Assembly: GCA_965140585.1 (NCBI GenBank)
Contig: OZ223269.1
Span: forward strand, 928,001 to 992,000
Origin: Spirochaetia bacterium
GTDB taxonomy: Bacteria; Spirochaetota; Spirochaetia; UBA9216
Reading direction: 5' to 3'
DNA: 64,000 nt
The notes below the pieces were generated by a model. It was not told the origin of the DNA. It did no database searches and saw nothing but the letters and a program-made list of their open reading frames with translations. A program made the translations under genes and the position numbers. The number at the start of each line of letters is the position of its first letter. Within the stretch, counting starts at the first letter, position 1. This document shows, piece after piece, positions 1 to 10,211 of this stretch.

Positions 1-17
1 TACAGTTTATAGATAAA

Positions 18-215
18 ATGAAACAGAATGGATTTAATTTTGATAGTGATATAAATCAATATATGGTAACTGAATTCTTTACAGGGATAATACCAGTTTT
101 AGTTTTTAGCCTATTTAAGGGGAAATGGTGTTCAACATTTGGTGTTGATTCAAAGAATTTGTATGAGATGTTTTTAAAAGCTAATGATGCTACACATAAT
201 GAAATGCATAAATAA
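18..215 (+). CDS. Hypothetical protein, probably the 3' part of a gene starting upstream of the window
   Basis: ORF at window edge; no recognisable motif. Confidence 0.4.
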   Translation: MKQNGFNFDSDINQYMVTEFFTGIIPVLVFSLFKGKWCSTFGVDSKNLYEMFLKANDATHNEMHK

Positions 216-269
216 GAATAAAAAATTTGAATATATATTAATTAAGTAATTAGTTAGTAGGAGTGTAAT

Positions 270-1082
270 ATGACTGAAATATATTATTTTACAGGAACAG
301 GTTTTACTTTAAAATGTGCAAAATTATTAAAACAATATATAGATGATAAAGTGGAACTAATACCAATTATTTCACTGAAGGAAGTGGAAAAAATTGAATG
401 TGAATCAGATAATGTCGGATTTTTGTTTCCAATGCATTCATTTGATATACCCCCAATATATAAAGAATTTATTAAGAAATTCCACTGTCCAAAAGCAAAA
501 TATATATTTTCATTAGTAACGTGTGGAGGAGCCCCTGTAAATGTTTTCAGAACAATAAGTAGACAGTTGAAAAAAGATAAAAAAGACTTAGATGCTTATA
601 ATTTTATAGTTGCTCCAAATACATTTGATCCAGTTTTTAAAGTTTTAGTTGATAATAGTGTAAAAAATGAAAGAAAAAAAATAGAGGAAAAAGTCAAAGA
701 ATTTGCACAGATAATAAACGAAAGAAAAATATCAAGAAAATTATCTTATAGAAATTACTTGATAGAATATACGATATTCCCGATTATTCGAATCCTAAAC
801 CATCTTACAAAATATTATAAATTAGAAAAGGCTTTTTACACAGATGAATCATGTATTTCTTGTGGTAAATGTATAAGCATATGTCCAGTCCAAAAAATTA
901 AGTTTAAAAATAATCAACCATATTGGGATGAAAATGTTAACTGTGTTTTTTGTTTAGCTTGTTTCCATAGATGTCCAACAGAATCGATACAAATAAGACA
1001 AACAAAATCAAAACAACTAAAACGAATATATCCAGAAGATATAAAAATAGAAGAATTGATAAAACAAAATACATATGAATAA
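270..1082 (+). CDS. EFR1-family flavodoxin-fold/4Fe-4S ferredoxin protein (cassette)
   Basis: N-terminal YFTGTG motif; two CxxCxxCxxxCP clusters; AGGAG RBS. Confidence 0.85.
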   Translation: MTEIYYFTGTGFTLKCAKLLKQYIDDKVELIPIISLKEVEKIECESDNVGFLFPMHSFDIPPIYKEFIKKFHCPKAKYIFSLVTCGGAPVNVFRTISRQLKKDKKDLDAYNFIVAPNTFDPVFKVLVDNSVKNERKKIEEKVKEFAQIINERKISRKLSYRNYLIEYTIFPIIRILNHLTKYYKLEKAFYTDESCISCGKCISICPVQKIKFKNNQPYWDENVNCVFCLACFHRCPTESIQIRQTKSKQLKRIYPEDIKIEELIKQNTYE

Positions 1083-1103
1083 TTTATCGGTTATAATATA
1101 GCG

Positions 1104-1243
1104 GCATAACAAGAGAAATGCAGTAGTCAAAACCTTTGACACGGTTTTTGCAGAGAAGTAGGGTAGAGGTAAAAAGCTATGCAAAAACGCGCGCCAACCC
1201 TCGAAGACTCGGGACGTTTTCGCTACTGATTTCGTCGTTATGT
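1104..1243 (+). repeat. attC site 1
   Basis: GCATAAC...GTTATGT; inner GAAAT(G)CAGTAG/CTACTGATTTC pairing. Confidence 0.9.
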
Positions 1244-1293
1244 GGATATAAGAAATAAATATAAAAATGATAAAATAGTTCTGGAGATGAAAA

Positions 1294-2224
1294 ATGAAAA
1301 AAGGGTTATATCAGTGGTCTTCTTCCGAAACAAGTAAAACTTAAAGAAAAAGTATGGTTGAAAAAAGATGAAATATTATTGGAAAAGAAAAATGATGAAA
1401 TAATTGCGTATCTTATTGGAGATGAAAAATTACAGTTTGATGATAATAATAAAATAATTCCATATTTATGGATGTCCTGTCTTATAACAAATAATACTCC
1501 AAATTTAAAAAGTTGTGGTGGAGCTTTAATAGAATCGGTTGAAAAGCTTGGAACAAAATCCATATTGTATGGTTCATTATTAGAGATAATACCAGAAGAA
1601 GCAGTCAATGAGATCGAAAAATACACTGGGGAATTTATTAAATTTATTGGAGATTTACACGATAAATATATTTTATTAATTGAGGAAAATGACTTTTTAA
1701 AGATTTCCTTAAAATATTTTTATGAAGCAGAAAAGAAAAATGTAAATTCTGATGAAGGTTTTATAGATTCAATAACATGTTTAGAAGCCCTGTTTAATGA
1801 AAGCTCAAATGATATTAAATATAAATTATCACATCGAGCAGGATTCTTATTAGGATTATTTAAATATAATTCTATAGAAGTATATGAGAAATTAAAGAAA
1901 TTTTATAATGATAGGAGTAATTTGGTTCATGGAAATGGTGCTTTGAAGTATGAGAAAGATAGATATCTTATTGAAGAATATACAAGAAGCGCAATCATTA
2001 TTTTTCTTATCCTTTTGTCGAATGATAAAAGAAAAGAAGATATTAAGAAAAAAGACAGAAAAAATCAGATATTAAAAGAAATAGATCATGCAATGCTTGA
2101 CTATGAAAAAAGTAATAACTTAAAGAAAGAGATTGATATTGGTATTGAAGATTTCAAATTAAATATACCAAGGGTTTTTGAAGGGAAAGGTAAAAAAGGT
2201 AATTATTATATACACGCATGGTAA
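1294..2224 (+). CDS. HEPN-domain (ApeA-like) putative RNase; probable +1 frameshift in A6 run after ATG 1294 (ORF track start 1358)
   Basis: LEALF...KYKLSHRAG and RSNLVHG (Rx4H) motifs; GGAG RBS precedes ATG 1294, which is one base out of frame. Confidence 0.7.
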
Positions 2225-2228
2225 AACC

Positions 2229-2367
2229 ACATAACAAAAGATTTGGAGTAGTCAAAATTTATTGTCACGATTCTGGCTAAAGACGTTCGGGCAATGGCCC
2301 TCACTCCAGAATCGCGCCAATTCGGCGAAGACGCCGATCAATTTTGCTACTCAAATCGTCGTTATAC
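2229..2367 (+). repeat. attC site 2
   Basis: ACATAAC...GTTATAC; GATTTG(G)AGTAG(T)CAAAA/TTTTGCTACTCAAATC. Confidence 0.93.
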
Positions 2368-2475
2368 GGAATATCGTGTATCTTTATAGCCTTATCCTGA
2401 AATTGGGGCGTAATTGGGGTGAATTTATGGATTCAATCTCAAGAATTGTTTTCATATCTTTGATTGATTAAATAG

Positions 2476-2510
2476 TTGACGTACGTTAATAAGTACTATA
2501 TATTGTACAT
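2476..2510 (+). promoter_or_regulatory. Sigma70 promoter with YefM-type operator
   Basis: TTGACG(2476)-17-TATATT(2499); GTAC cores at 2481, 2493, 2505 (12-bp spacing), the last within TGTACA. Confidence 0.75.
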
Positions 2511-2765
2511 ATGGAAGCTGTTAATTATTCAGATCTAAGACGAAATTTAAAGGCTCATATGGATCAAGTTTATCAGGATCACGAACCTCTTATTATTACA
2601 AGAAAAGATAATGAGAATTTAGTGATGATTTCATTAGATGATTACAATAGTCTTACAGAGACACAATACTTATTATCATCTAAGAAAAATTCTGAACATT
2701 TGATGAAATCACTTGAATCAGCTAGGGCTGGTAAGACTCTTAAAAAAGAATTAATTGTAGAATGA
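2511..2765 (+). CDS. yefM: Phd/YefM antitoxin
   Basis: NYSDLRRNLK...EPLIITRK...MISLDDYNSLTETQYLL; overlaps toxin (ATGA). Confidence 0.92.
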   Translation: MEAVNYSDLRRNLKAHMDQVYQDHEPLIITRKDNENLVMISLDDYNSLTETQYLLSSKKNSEHLMKSLESARAGKTLKKELIVE

Positions 2766-3016
2766 ATTTACTATTTACGCCTGAATCCTGGGATGATTAT
2801 CTATTCTGGCAGAAGAATGATAAAAAGAATTTAAGAAGAATTAATGAATTAATAAAAGATATTAGACGAAATCCATTTGAAGGAATTGGTAAACCTGAAC
2901 CATTAAAATATCAACTGCAAGGATGTTGGTCTCGTAGAATCGATCAAGAACATCGTCTTGTATATGAAGTAGAAGAAAAATTTATAAGAATCATTGCATG
3001 TCGATACCATTATTGA
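2762..3016 (+). CDS. yoeB: Txe/YoeB toxin
   Basis: WDDYLFWQ...GIGKPEPLK...WSRRIDQEHRLVY...CRYHY. Confidence 0.95.
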   Translation: MNLLFTPESWDDYLFWQKNDKKNLRRINELIKDIRRNPFEGIGKPEPLKYQLQGCWSRRIDQEHRLVYEVEEKFIRIIACRYHY

Positions 3017-3141
3017 ATGATGCTTTCTTGTTTCAGAATATCTATTATAAATAAGAAATATTAGAAATTTAAGAATATAAGATATCTGGATATTAAAAGA
3101 ATAAAAGCTCCTGTAAACCTTAAAACCATTGTAAAATATCC

Positions 3142-3273
3142 GTATAACAAATGAAATGCAGTAGTCAAAACCTTTGACACGGTTCTGGCAGAGACACTCG
3201 CTTAGCGCTCGTTCCAGAACCGCGCCAAGCCTCGAAGACTCGGCCGGTTTCGCTACTGATTTCGTCGTTATGC
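3142..3273 (+). repeat. attC site 3
   Basis: GTATAAC...GTTATGC. Confidence 0.92.
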
Positions 3274-3300
3274 GGACGCCTCCGGCGCCTAAGGAAGAAA

Positions 3301-4344
3301 ATGAAGAAAAGGAAAGTAGTCCTAATAGTGATTACTGTAATTGTGCTAATTTTATTGGTTATAGAAATACTCCCAAATAAAACCACAGTTGAGAGCACAA
3401 CTGATGGTATATATCTCCTAAAAGAGATGAATCTGGTAGGATTGAAGCAATCTATCCTGATAAGAGGAGAAAATAGATCAAACCCAGTAATAATCTTTCT
3501 ACATGGAGGGCCAGGATTCGCTAGTATAAGTTATATAAAGAAATTTCAGAAAGAAATTGAAAAACATTATGTAGTAGTAAATTGGGATCAGAGGGGAGCA
3601 GGGAAGTCATTTTCATTATTTATTGATAAAAATACAATGACAGAAGAACAAATTTTAAATGATCTTGATCAATTAGTAGATTATTTAAGTAAAGAATTTG
3701 ATAAGGAAAAAATATATATAGTAGGACATTCATGGGGAACAATATTAGGAAAGGACTATGTTCAAAAACATCCAGAAAAAGTTGAATATTATGTAGCCAT
3801 TGGAGAATATGTATCAAGCAATGAATCAGATAAGTATTCTTATGAATATTTACTAAAAGAATCTGAAGCAAATAATGATAAGAAGACATTAGAAAATCTG
3901 AAAGAAATTGGAAAACCTCCTTATGGGGATAATATAAGAAAACAACGGAAATTTAGAAAAATTATTAATGAATATGATGGAAATGAGATAATCGTAAATA
4001 TAAATAAAGAAATGTTAAAAGGCGCAATAACAGAACCAGAATATTCAATAATTGATCTTCTGAAATTGACTATAGGCAATTACTATTCCATCTATCATTT
4101 ATTTAATGAATATGAGGATAGAGATTTTAGAGAAGAAAATTTGGAATTTAATGTTCCAATACTATTTATATTAGGAAAGAAAGACCTTGTCACAAATAGT
4201 CTATTAGCAGAAGAATATTTTGAAGAAATAGAAAGTAAAAATAAGAAATTAATATGGTTTGAAAAATCTGGTCATGATCCACAATATGAAGAATTAGCCA
4301 GATTCAATGATATTCTAATAGGTTTATTAGAACGAACCGATTAA
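3301..4344 (+). CDS. Membrane-anchored alpha/beta hydrolase (proline iminopeptidase-like)
   Basis: N-terminal TM, HGGPG, WDQRGAG, GHSWG nucleophile, C-terminal SGH. Confidence 0.88.
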   Translation: MKKRKVVLIVITVIVLILLVIEILPNKTTVESTTDGIYLLKEMNLVGLKQSILIRGENRSNPVIIFLHGGPGFASISYIKKFQKEIEKHYVVVNWDQRGAGKSFSLFIDKNTMTEEQILNDLDQLVDYLSKEFDKEKIYIVGHSWGTILGKDYVQKHPEKVEYYVAIGEYVSSNESDKYSYEYLLKESEANNDKKTLENLKEIGKPPYGDNIRKQRKFRKIINEYDGNEIIVNINKEMLKGAITEPEYSIIDLLKLTIGNYYSIYHLFNEYEDRDFREENLEFNVPILFILGKKDLVTNSLLAEEYFEEIESKNKKLIWFEKSGHDPQYEELARFNDILIGLLERTD

Positions 4345-4353
4345 TGGGAATTC

Positions 4354-4491
4354 GCATAACATGAGATTTGGAGTAGTCAAAATCTTTGTCACAGTTCTGG
4401 CGGAGACACTTCGCGCTGATCGCGCTGCGTTCCAGAACTGCGCCAAGCCTCGAAGACTCGGCCGATTTTGCTACTCAAATCGTCGTTATGT
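4354..4491 (+). repeat. attC site 4
   Basis: GCATAAC...GTTATGT. Confidence 0.93.
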
Positions 4492-4530
4492 TCACAAAAA
4501 TTGGGAATTTATTAAATCCGAGGGATTTAA

Positions 4531-4794
4531 ATGAGTAAATTCAGAACCACTGAAAGCCATCAAAAGGGCTACCAAGGACTGCGATGGTTTGAGATACACA
4601 ATGATAAGATTTATCCTACAGTTTCTAATCCAGACGGATGGAGTAGTATGTCATGGTACGAAATTAAGGGTGATAAGATATATCCTTCCATTAGTCATCC
4701 TAAAGTGTGGTCAGGCTTACCTTGGTTTGAAATAAAAGAAAATAAGATAAATTGTACTGTGAGCCATTCAGATGGCACGGTCACCTTGGTATAA
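4531..4794 (+). CDS. Small protein built of ~23-aa Trp-rich repeats
   Basis: W[FY]EI..[DN]KI...SHP.GW-like unit x3; GAGGG RBS. Confidence 0.6.
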   Translation: MSKFRTTESHQKGYQGLRWFEIHNDKIYPTVSNPDGWSSMSWYEIKGDKIYPSISHPKVWSGLPWFEIKENKINCTVSHSDGTVTLV

Positions 4795-4868
4795 AAATTA
4801 TTAGATAACAATTTTTTTAGAAATATAAATTGTGATGTGATCAGTGATTAGAAATTAAGAGGTTATTT

Positions 4869-5516
4869 ATGGAAGAAATAAATAGAATAGAATTATCTGA
4901 ATTAGATTATAAAAAATATTTAAATAAATTGAGTCAGATTAATATTAAAGTTAATAGATTATTATATAAAGTAAGTTTGGAGGAATACTATGGAGCTATA
5001 TTTTCTAAGATTATTTTAATAAGATTAATAATTACTTTTAAAAATGTAAAAACGTTTATTCTCAAAGAATTAGCGATAGAATCTTTTGTATTAATGCGCT
5101 TCATTCAAGAACAGAGATGTTATTCGTATAGCTTATTAGATGTAAAAAATGATGAAGATATTAAAAAAATATCTATAACAAAGAGTATAAATAAGTTCAA
5201 AGAAAGATTCTTAATAAATGGTCAATTTTATGGAGAATTAACAAGATATGTCCATTTGGATATACATGAAATTGGTTTTTATACATCACTAGATGAAAAG
5301 ACTGAGAATATAATGAATGTAGATTTAAATCATAATGACTCGGAAATTAATTATAAGATGTTCGATAGTTTCTATGTTTTAACATTGTTTTATCTTGATC
5401 TTGTACAATATATTTTAGAACTTGAGAATAAAGATGATTCATCTATACGAAAAATTGAAAAATATAATAGTGAAATTTATGATGTATTCAGAAAGGTATT
5501 TCAGAATGAAAATTAG
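4869..5516 (+). CDS. Hypothetical helical protein, possibly HEPN-like (DUF5677-type)
   Basis: LMRFIQE and YGELTRYVH motifs; GAGG RBS. Confidence 0.5.
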   Translation: MEEINRIELSELDYKKYLNKLSQINIKVNRLLYKVSLEEYYGAIFSKIILIRLIITFKNVKTFILKELAIESFVLMRFIQEQRCYSYSLLDVKNDEDIKKISITKSINKFKERFLINGQFYGELTRYVHLDIHEIGFYTSLDEKTENIMNVDLNHNDSEINYKMFDSFYVLTLFYLDLVQYILELENKDDSSIRKIEKYNSEIYDVFRKVFQNEN

Positions 5517-5517
5517 A

Positions 5518-5655
5518 ACATAACAAGAGATTTGGAGTAGTCAAAACCTTTGTCACAGTTCTGGCGGAGACACTCCGCGCTGATCGCGCTGCGTTCCAGA
5601 ACTGCGCCAAGCCTCGAAGACTCGGCCGATTTTGCTACTCAAATCGTCGTTATAT
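5518..5655 (+). repeat. attC site 5
   Basis: ACATAAC...GTTATAT. Confidence 0.93.
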
Positions 5656-5773
5656 GCACGAATTTAGATATTGTAAAAATATTAGATATATGTGAATTTT
5701 GGGTGTAAAATAATAAAATAAAGTCGTGTTCCGATAAGAATTTAAATAGATGTTCATCATCTAAGCGTTGATT

Positions 5774-5797
5774 TCCTCGGCCATCCATGGCCTCGGA
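5774..5797 (+). promoter_or_regulatory. Stem-loop with ATCCAT loop upstream of RT
   Basis: TCC-tc-GGCC ATCCAT GGCC-tc-GGA. Confidence 0.6.
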
Positions 5798-5812
5798 GCA
5801 AAGGAATAAAAA

Positions 5813-7408
5813 ATGGATTACGATAAAGCAATTAATCTTGCAATATCAAATACATTAAAAGAAGGTTTAAACGATACCTTTCCACGCCCATTTGAAGTTG
5901 ATTTACTCAAAAATACAGTATTTCAAAAAAAAATTTTTGATGTAATTAAAAAATCATTAAATGGGAATTCTTTTGAAAGTATGGGAGTAAATAACATTTC
6001 ACATGTGTTGTTTCCTAAAAACACAGCTTTTGATTTTAGACGATGTGCACTGATACAGCCTATGGATCTTATAAAATACAATGCAATCATAATATCTCTT
6101 GCTGATGAAATAGAAAAGAAAAGAATTCCAATATCAAAAAAGAACATTTTTTCTTATCGATTTAAACCTGAAAAAGGATATTTGTTCAATAGGAATTATC
6201 ATATAACCTCCTTTCAGAAGCAAGTACGAGAAGTTGCAAAGAAAAAAAGAGTAAATTTCGTCGTTTCATGTGATATAGCTAATTTTTATGATAGATTAAA
6301 CTTGCATCGCCTAGAAAATTCATTACTTTCAATTGGATGTGATAAGAATAAAGTTAAAACTATAAACGAACTACTTCTATTTTGGTCAAATAGAGATTCT
6401 TATGGACTTCCTGTTGGGTCAAATGGGAGCAGAATATTAGCTGAAGCGAGTTTAATTGGTATAGATAATTTTCTTAAAGATAATAATATCGAATTTATAA
6501 GATTTGTTGATGATTTTAGACTATTTGCTCCTGATACAACAACTGCGCATTATTGGTTAACACTTTTAATTGAAAGACTTTGGAGAGAAGGTTTAAATAT
6601 AAGCAAAAGTAAAACAAAAATAGAAGCAACTTCAAAAATTAAAGAAGATAACGTGGAAAAAAATAAGACTTCACCAGAAAAAAGAAAGGATAAAAATCCA
6701 TTTATAATAATAGCTGGGTATGGTGGAACTGTTCCAACTAGATTTAGAGAGATTTCTAAAAGGGAAATTGAACAATTAACAAAAATAAATTTAGAAGAAC
6801 TTATAAAGGATATTTCTGAATCTGATTTTATAAATTCTGATAGATTAATGGAATTGATAAAAATCATTGTAATAAAGAAACGATTTGATCTACTGGAAAA
6901 GACAATTAAATCGTTGCCAAAATATCCGCAAATGACTCCATATTTGATAGATGCTATAATTAAAAATATAGATATTATACCAAAGGAAATAATAAAAGCA
7001 GTGAAGGATATATTTTCTGAAAAAATAATATCACAGAAATATATACCTGAATATTTAGCTATATCATATATAAGGTTGCTTGGGTGTGTACCGTTTTATA
7101 ATAAAGAGATTATTTTAAAATATTTTAGGGAATTACAAAAGAATTCAGGTGATTATATAGGAAGGGTCACCCTCGAAGCTTTAAATGTTGATTTGACACG
7201 GGAAGATGTAATTGAATTAAAAAGCTATTATGATAAGTGTGATTTATGGGAAAAAAGACAGATTATTAGATTAATAAATAAATTCTTAAATGATGAAGAA
7301 AAAAGACCTTGGATTAAAAATCTAAGATATATAGAAAAAGATAATCTGTTTATAAATGAAACAATAAGTCCGTCAGAAAAACCACGAAAGAAGAAAAAAA
7401 AGAAGTAA
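5813..7408 (+). CDS. Reverse transcriptase, UG/Abi(DRT)-like, with long alpha-helical C-terminal region
   Basis: RT motifs FSYRF, DIANFYDRL, GLPVGSNGSRILAE, FIRFVDDFRLF, GLNISKSKT; sole gene of its cassette. Confidence 0.9.
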   Translation: MDYDKAINLAISNTLKEGLNDTFPRPFEVDLLKNTVFQKKIFDVIKKSLNGNSFESMGVNNISHVLFPKNTAFDFRRCALIQPMDLIKYNAIIISLADEIEKKRIPISKKNIFSYRFKPEKGYLFNRNYHITSFQKQVREVAKKKRVNFVVSCDIANFYDRLNLHRLENSLLSIGCDKNKVKTINELLLFWSNRDSYGLPVGSNGSRILAEASLIGIDNFLKDNNIEFIRFVDDFRLFAPDTTTAHYWLTLLIERLWREGLNISKSKTKIEATSKIKEDNVEKNKTSPEKRKDKNPFIIIAGYGGTVPTRFREISKREIEQLTKINLEELIKDISESDFINSDRLMELIKIIVIKKRFDLLEKTIKSLPKYPQMTPYLIDAIIKNIDIIPKEIIKAVKDIFSEKIISQKYIPEYLAISYIRLLGCVPFYNKEIILKYFRELQKNSGDYIGRVTLEALNVDLTREDVIELKSYYDKCDLWEKRQIIRLINKFLNDEEKRPWIKNLRYIEKDNLFINETISPSEKPRKKKKKK

Positions 7409-7437
7409 TCCTAAAGTCCGTCCATGGACTTTAGGAT
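7408..7437 (+). promoter_or_regulatory. Perfect 12-bp stem-loop with GTCCAT loop at RT stop codon
   Basis: ATCCTAAAGTCC GTCCAT GGACTTTAGGAT. Confidence 0.75.
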
Positions 7438-7461
7438 ATTTATTGGAAAAGAAAGAGTTGC

Positions 7462-7599
7462 ATATAACAAAAGATTTGGAGTAGTCAAAATCTTTGTCAC
7501 AGTTCTGGCGGAGACACTCCGCGCTGATCGCGCTACGTTCCAGAACTGCGCCAAGCCTCGAAGACTCGGCCGATTTTGCTACTCAAATCGTCGTTAAAT
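7462..7599 (+). repeat. attC site 6
   Basis: ATATAAC...GTTAAAT. Confidence 0.93.
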
Positions 7600-7670
7600 A
7601 CACAAAAAGTAATTCTTATAGTATCATATGAATATAAAATATATAATTTACTACAATTGGAAGAGATTAG

Positions 7671-7925
7671 ATGAGTGGAGCTGGAACAAATTTAGGGATA
7701 GAATACCAACAAAGAGTATCTGCGTGGTTCTTAGTCCAGTTATACCTTTCAACTGGTATTAATCTTTTTTTTAGAAACTTTAATGATAATTTTGTACCAA
7801 TAGAACTACAATATGAATCTGATAATGCAGTTGATGATTTAAATATTATAGGAAGTGATTATACACTTTTTGCGCAAATAAAACGAAATTTAGCAATGTC
7901 ATCTAATAAGAAAAGTGATTTTTAA
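7671..7925 (+). pseudogene. Truncated N-terminal PD-(D/E)xK nuclease domain (Cap4/DUF4297-like)
   Basis: SGAGTNLGIEYQ...ESDNAVDDL...FAQIK; ends where base composition shifts to higher GC. Confidence 0.6.
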
Positions 7926-7981
7926 ACTGAGCACGGAATGTCAGGTTTTTCGGTTTTTGATACCTTATCTTATTACAAACC

Positions 7982-8902
7982 ATGATGCTTATGAATGAAA
8001 AAGATTTCCGGTATCACCGGCGGCTACAGAATGCAATAGATTATATCGAAGCTCATCTTCATGTGGATTTATCATTGCAGGAGGTGGCAATGCAGGCCAA
8101 CACTTCAATTTTTCACTTCCACAGACTCTTCCGGGCCTTTATGGGCCGGTCTCTGGCGGAGTATATAAGGGAACGCAGGCTATATTATGCGGCTCGAGAT
8201 CTGGTGGAAACCAAAAAAAGCATTTTTGATATTGCATTTGAATATGGATATTCCAGCGGGGAAAGCTTCCTTCGGGCTTTCAAGTCTCAATACGGTCAAA
8301 CCCCGCGGCGTTTTCGAAAGATACGAAATCTCCCTCCCTTCATGAGCATGGTTAATTTAATGGACGGCAACCATCATGGTGCCAAAGGAAGGTTAATCAT
8401 GAATCCAAAAATCAAGGTGCTAGATTCTCTGCGGATAATCGGTACACGCATTCAAACCAGTCATAGTTCCTGTCATGAAGATGTTTCCGACCTATGGAAA
8501 GATATCCATAGCAAGGCAAGTACAGGATTACACGACGAACTCAGCAGTGTAGATGCCATATACAGCGTTTGTTACGGCTCTTGCAATGGCTGCAGTTGTA
8601 CCGGAAATACTCACTCGGGAAGTGAAAATTTTGCTTTTTTTATCGGATATCAGGCACAGAAAGAAAAAGAATTGCCTGCCGGTACTTTCGAAACGACAAT
8701 TCACGGAGGAACCTATGCACTGTTCAGCCTCAAAATTAGTGAGATGCAACAGACAATGGATCAAATATATTCTCAATGGCTTCCTAAATCCGGGTATGAG
8801 CTGGATCACTACCCTATAATTGAAAGATATGGAAAGGACTGGCAGGAGAAAAAAGAGGGTATTATGGAAATATGGTTGCCCCTCAAAGTAGAAGCCTCAT
8901 GA
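7982..8902 (+). CDS. AraC-family regulator with GyrI-like effector domain
   Basis: SIFHFHRLF...IAFEYGYSSGESFLRAFK HTH; C-terminal IYSQWLPKSGY...EIWLP. Confidence 0.9.
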   Translation: MMLMNEKDFRYHRRLQNAIDYIEAHLHVDLSLQEVAMQANTSIFHFHRLFRAFMGRSLAEYIRERRLYYAARDLVETKKSIFDIAFEYGYSSGESFLRAFKSQYGQTPRRFRKIRNLPPFMSMVNLMDGNHHGAKGRLIMNPKIKVLDSLRIIGTRIQTSHSSCHEDVSDLWKDIHSKASTGLHDELSSVDAIYSVCYGSCNGCSCTGNTHSGSENFAFFIGYQAQKEKELPAGTFETTIHGGTYALFSLKISEMQQTMDQIYSQWLPKSGYELDHYPIIERYGKDWQEKKEGIMEIWLPLKVEAS

Positions 8903-10021
8903 AGAATCAACCTACAATACTGCTTTTTATAATCGGATTCTTTCTATTTTGGGTGAACTGTAGTGTCCTACATGCTTTGCTTCGGTCTGTTCACTCTATT
9001 TTTTGGTCCCCTGGGTGATAGGTTCGGCAAAACCAGAATACTGAAGCTGGCGGCAATGGGTTCTGCTGTTGCAAGTTTGGCTTCAGCCTTTTCTCCAAAT
9101 CTGAATGTAATTATTGTTATCCGGGCAATTAACGGTGCTTTTTCTGCCGGGGTTATGCCGATTTCAATGGCTTATATCGGAGAAACATCTCCTCAACATG
9201 AAATGCACAGCCGAATCGGCAAGGTTATGGGGCTGATGTTCCTGGGAAGCGCCCTGGCCACGGTAATCGGCGGAACAGTATCCCAGCTGGGTTCCTGGAG
9301 AATGGTATATTTGGTATACGGATTTGCGGAGTTGCTGTTAGTAATTCCTCTTTTCCTTCTGTTGCCTACTGACTCAACAGTAAAAAACAGCTCTATAGGG
9401 TCAGGATACAAAGAATTGCTTCGAACCCCGGGGTTCCTGAAAACTGTCGGTTTACTGTTTTTTATCGGCTTTTCTACCCTAGGTACTTTCGCATACCTGG
9501 GAGAGTACCTTCGTCAGCTCACCGGTTACGGTCTGATTCGGATCGGGTGGATTTTGGGAGCCTACGGAATCGGAACACTCTTAGGCGGAAGAATAGCGGC
9601 AGAATTACGCATGAAAATCGGCAAAGCCTTTTATTTTCTTGCTGGTTTAACGGGCGGAATAGGCTTCACATTCATATCCTTCAGCAGTACTTCTGCATAC
9701 ATCGCGGTGGCAGGATTATTTTTGGCAGGCTTAGCCTTCATCAGCCTGCAATCTTCCATTGTTTTTCAAGCACAGAATCTTGCACCGATGCGTAGAGGAG
9801 CTGTAATGTCAGCCGCTTCTTTTACAATGGTAACCAGTGCAGCCTTGGGAACATTTCTAAACGGAAAAATATTTGCCATAATGTCGGACGGCCTGCTCTA
9901 TTGTGCCGCCGGGGCTTTCTTAACCGCCGGTCTGCTGGCAACCCTAGTTTTATTATTTCGTAAACCCGGGGGGCAGAACAGACCCTCATCAATAGAATCA
10001 CATACTTCATTGAAAACATGA
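8899..10021 (+). pseudogene. MFS transporter with N-terminal deletion/frameshift
   Basis: ATG 8899 (MKNQPTILLFIIGFF) is out of frame with the 8963 ORF carrying GPLGDRFGK motif A. Confidence 0.75.
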
Positions 10022-10211
10022 TTTGTTAACCGGCAGTCTTCACAAAAGGCTACCGGATTTTTATTTTATAGATATTTAGGTGAAAACTGCCAGTAATTCA
10101 ATGCCATGAAGAGACTGGAAGTTGGAATCTTTCTTACATGAAAGAAAAACACTGAGAACAATAACAATTTACAATCAAATTCCTCATATTATATTATTAA
10201 TTTTAATAAAA

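Noticed and set aside
5813-7408. RT as a group II intron, retron or DGR
   Set aside because: Flanks are too short for an intron ribozyme; no YADD/domain X, no retron NAxxH or VTG motifs or effector gene, and no TR/VR pair or avd seen.
5813-7408. RT as the enzyme that creates gene cassettes
   Set aside because: An attractive idea, but nothing in the sequence links it to cassette genesis; it is ordinary cargo of a defence-like RT lineage.
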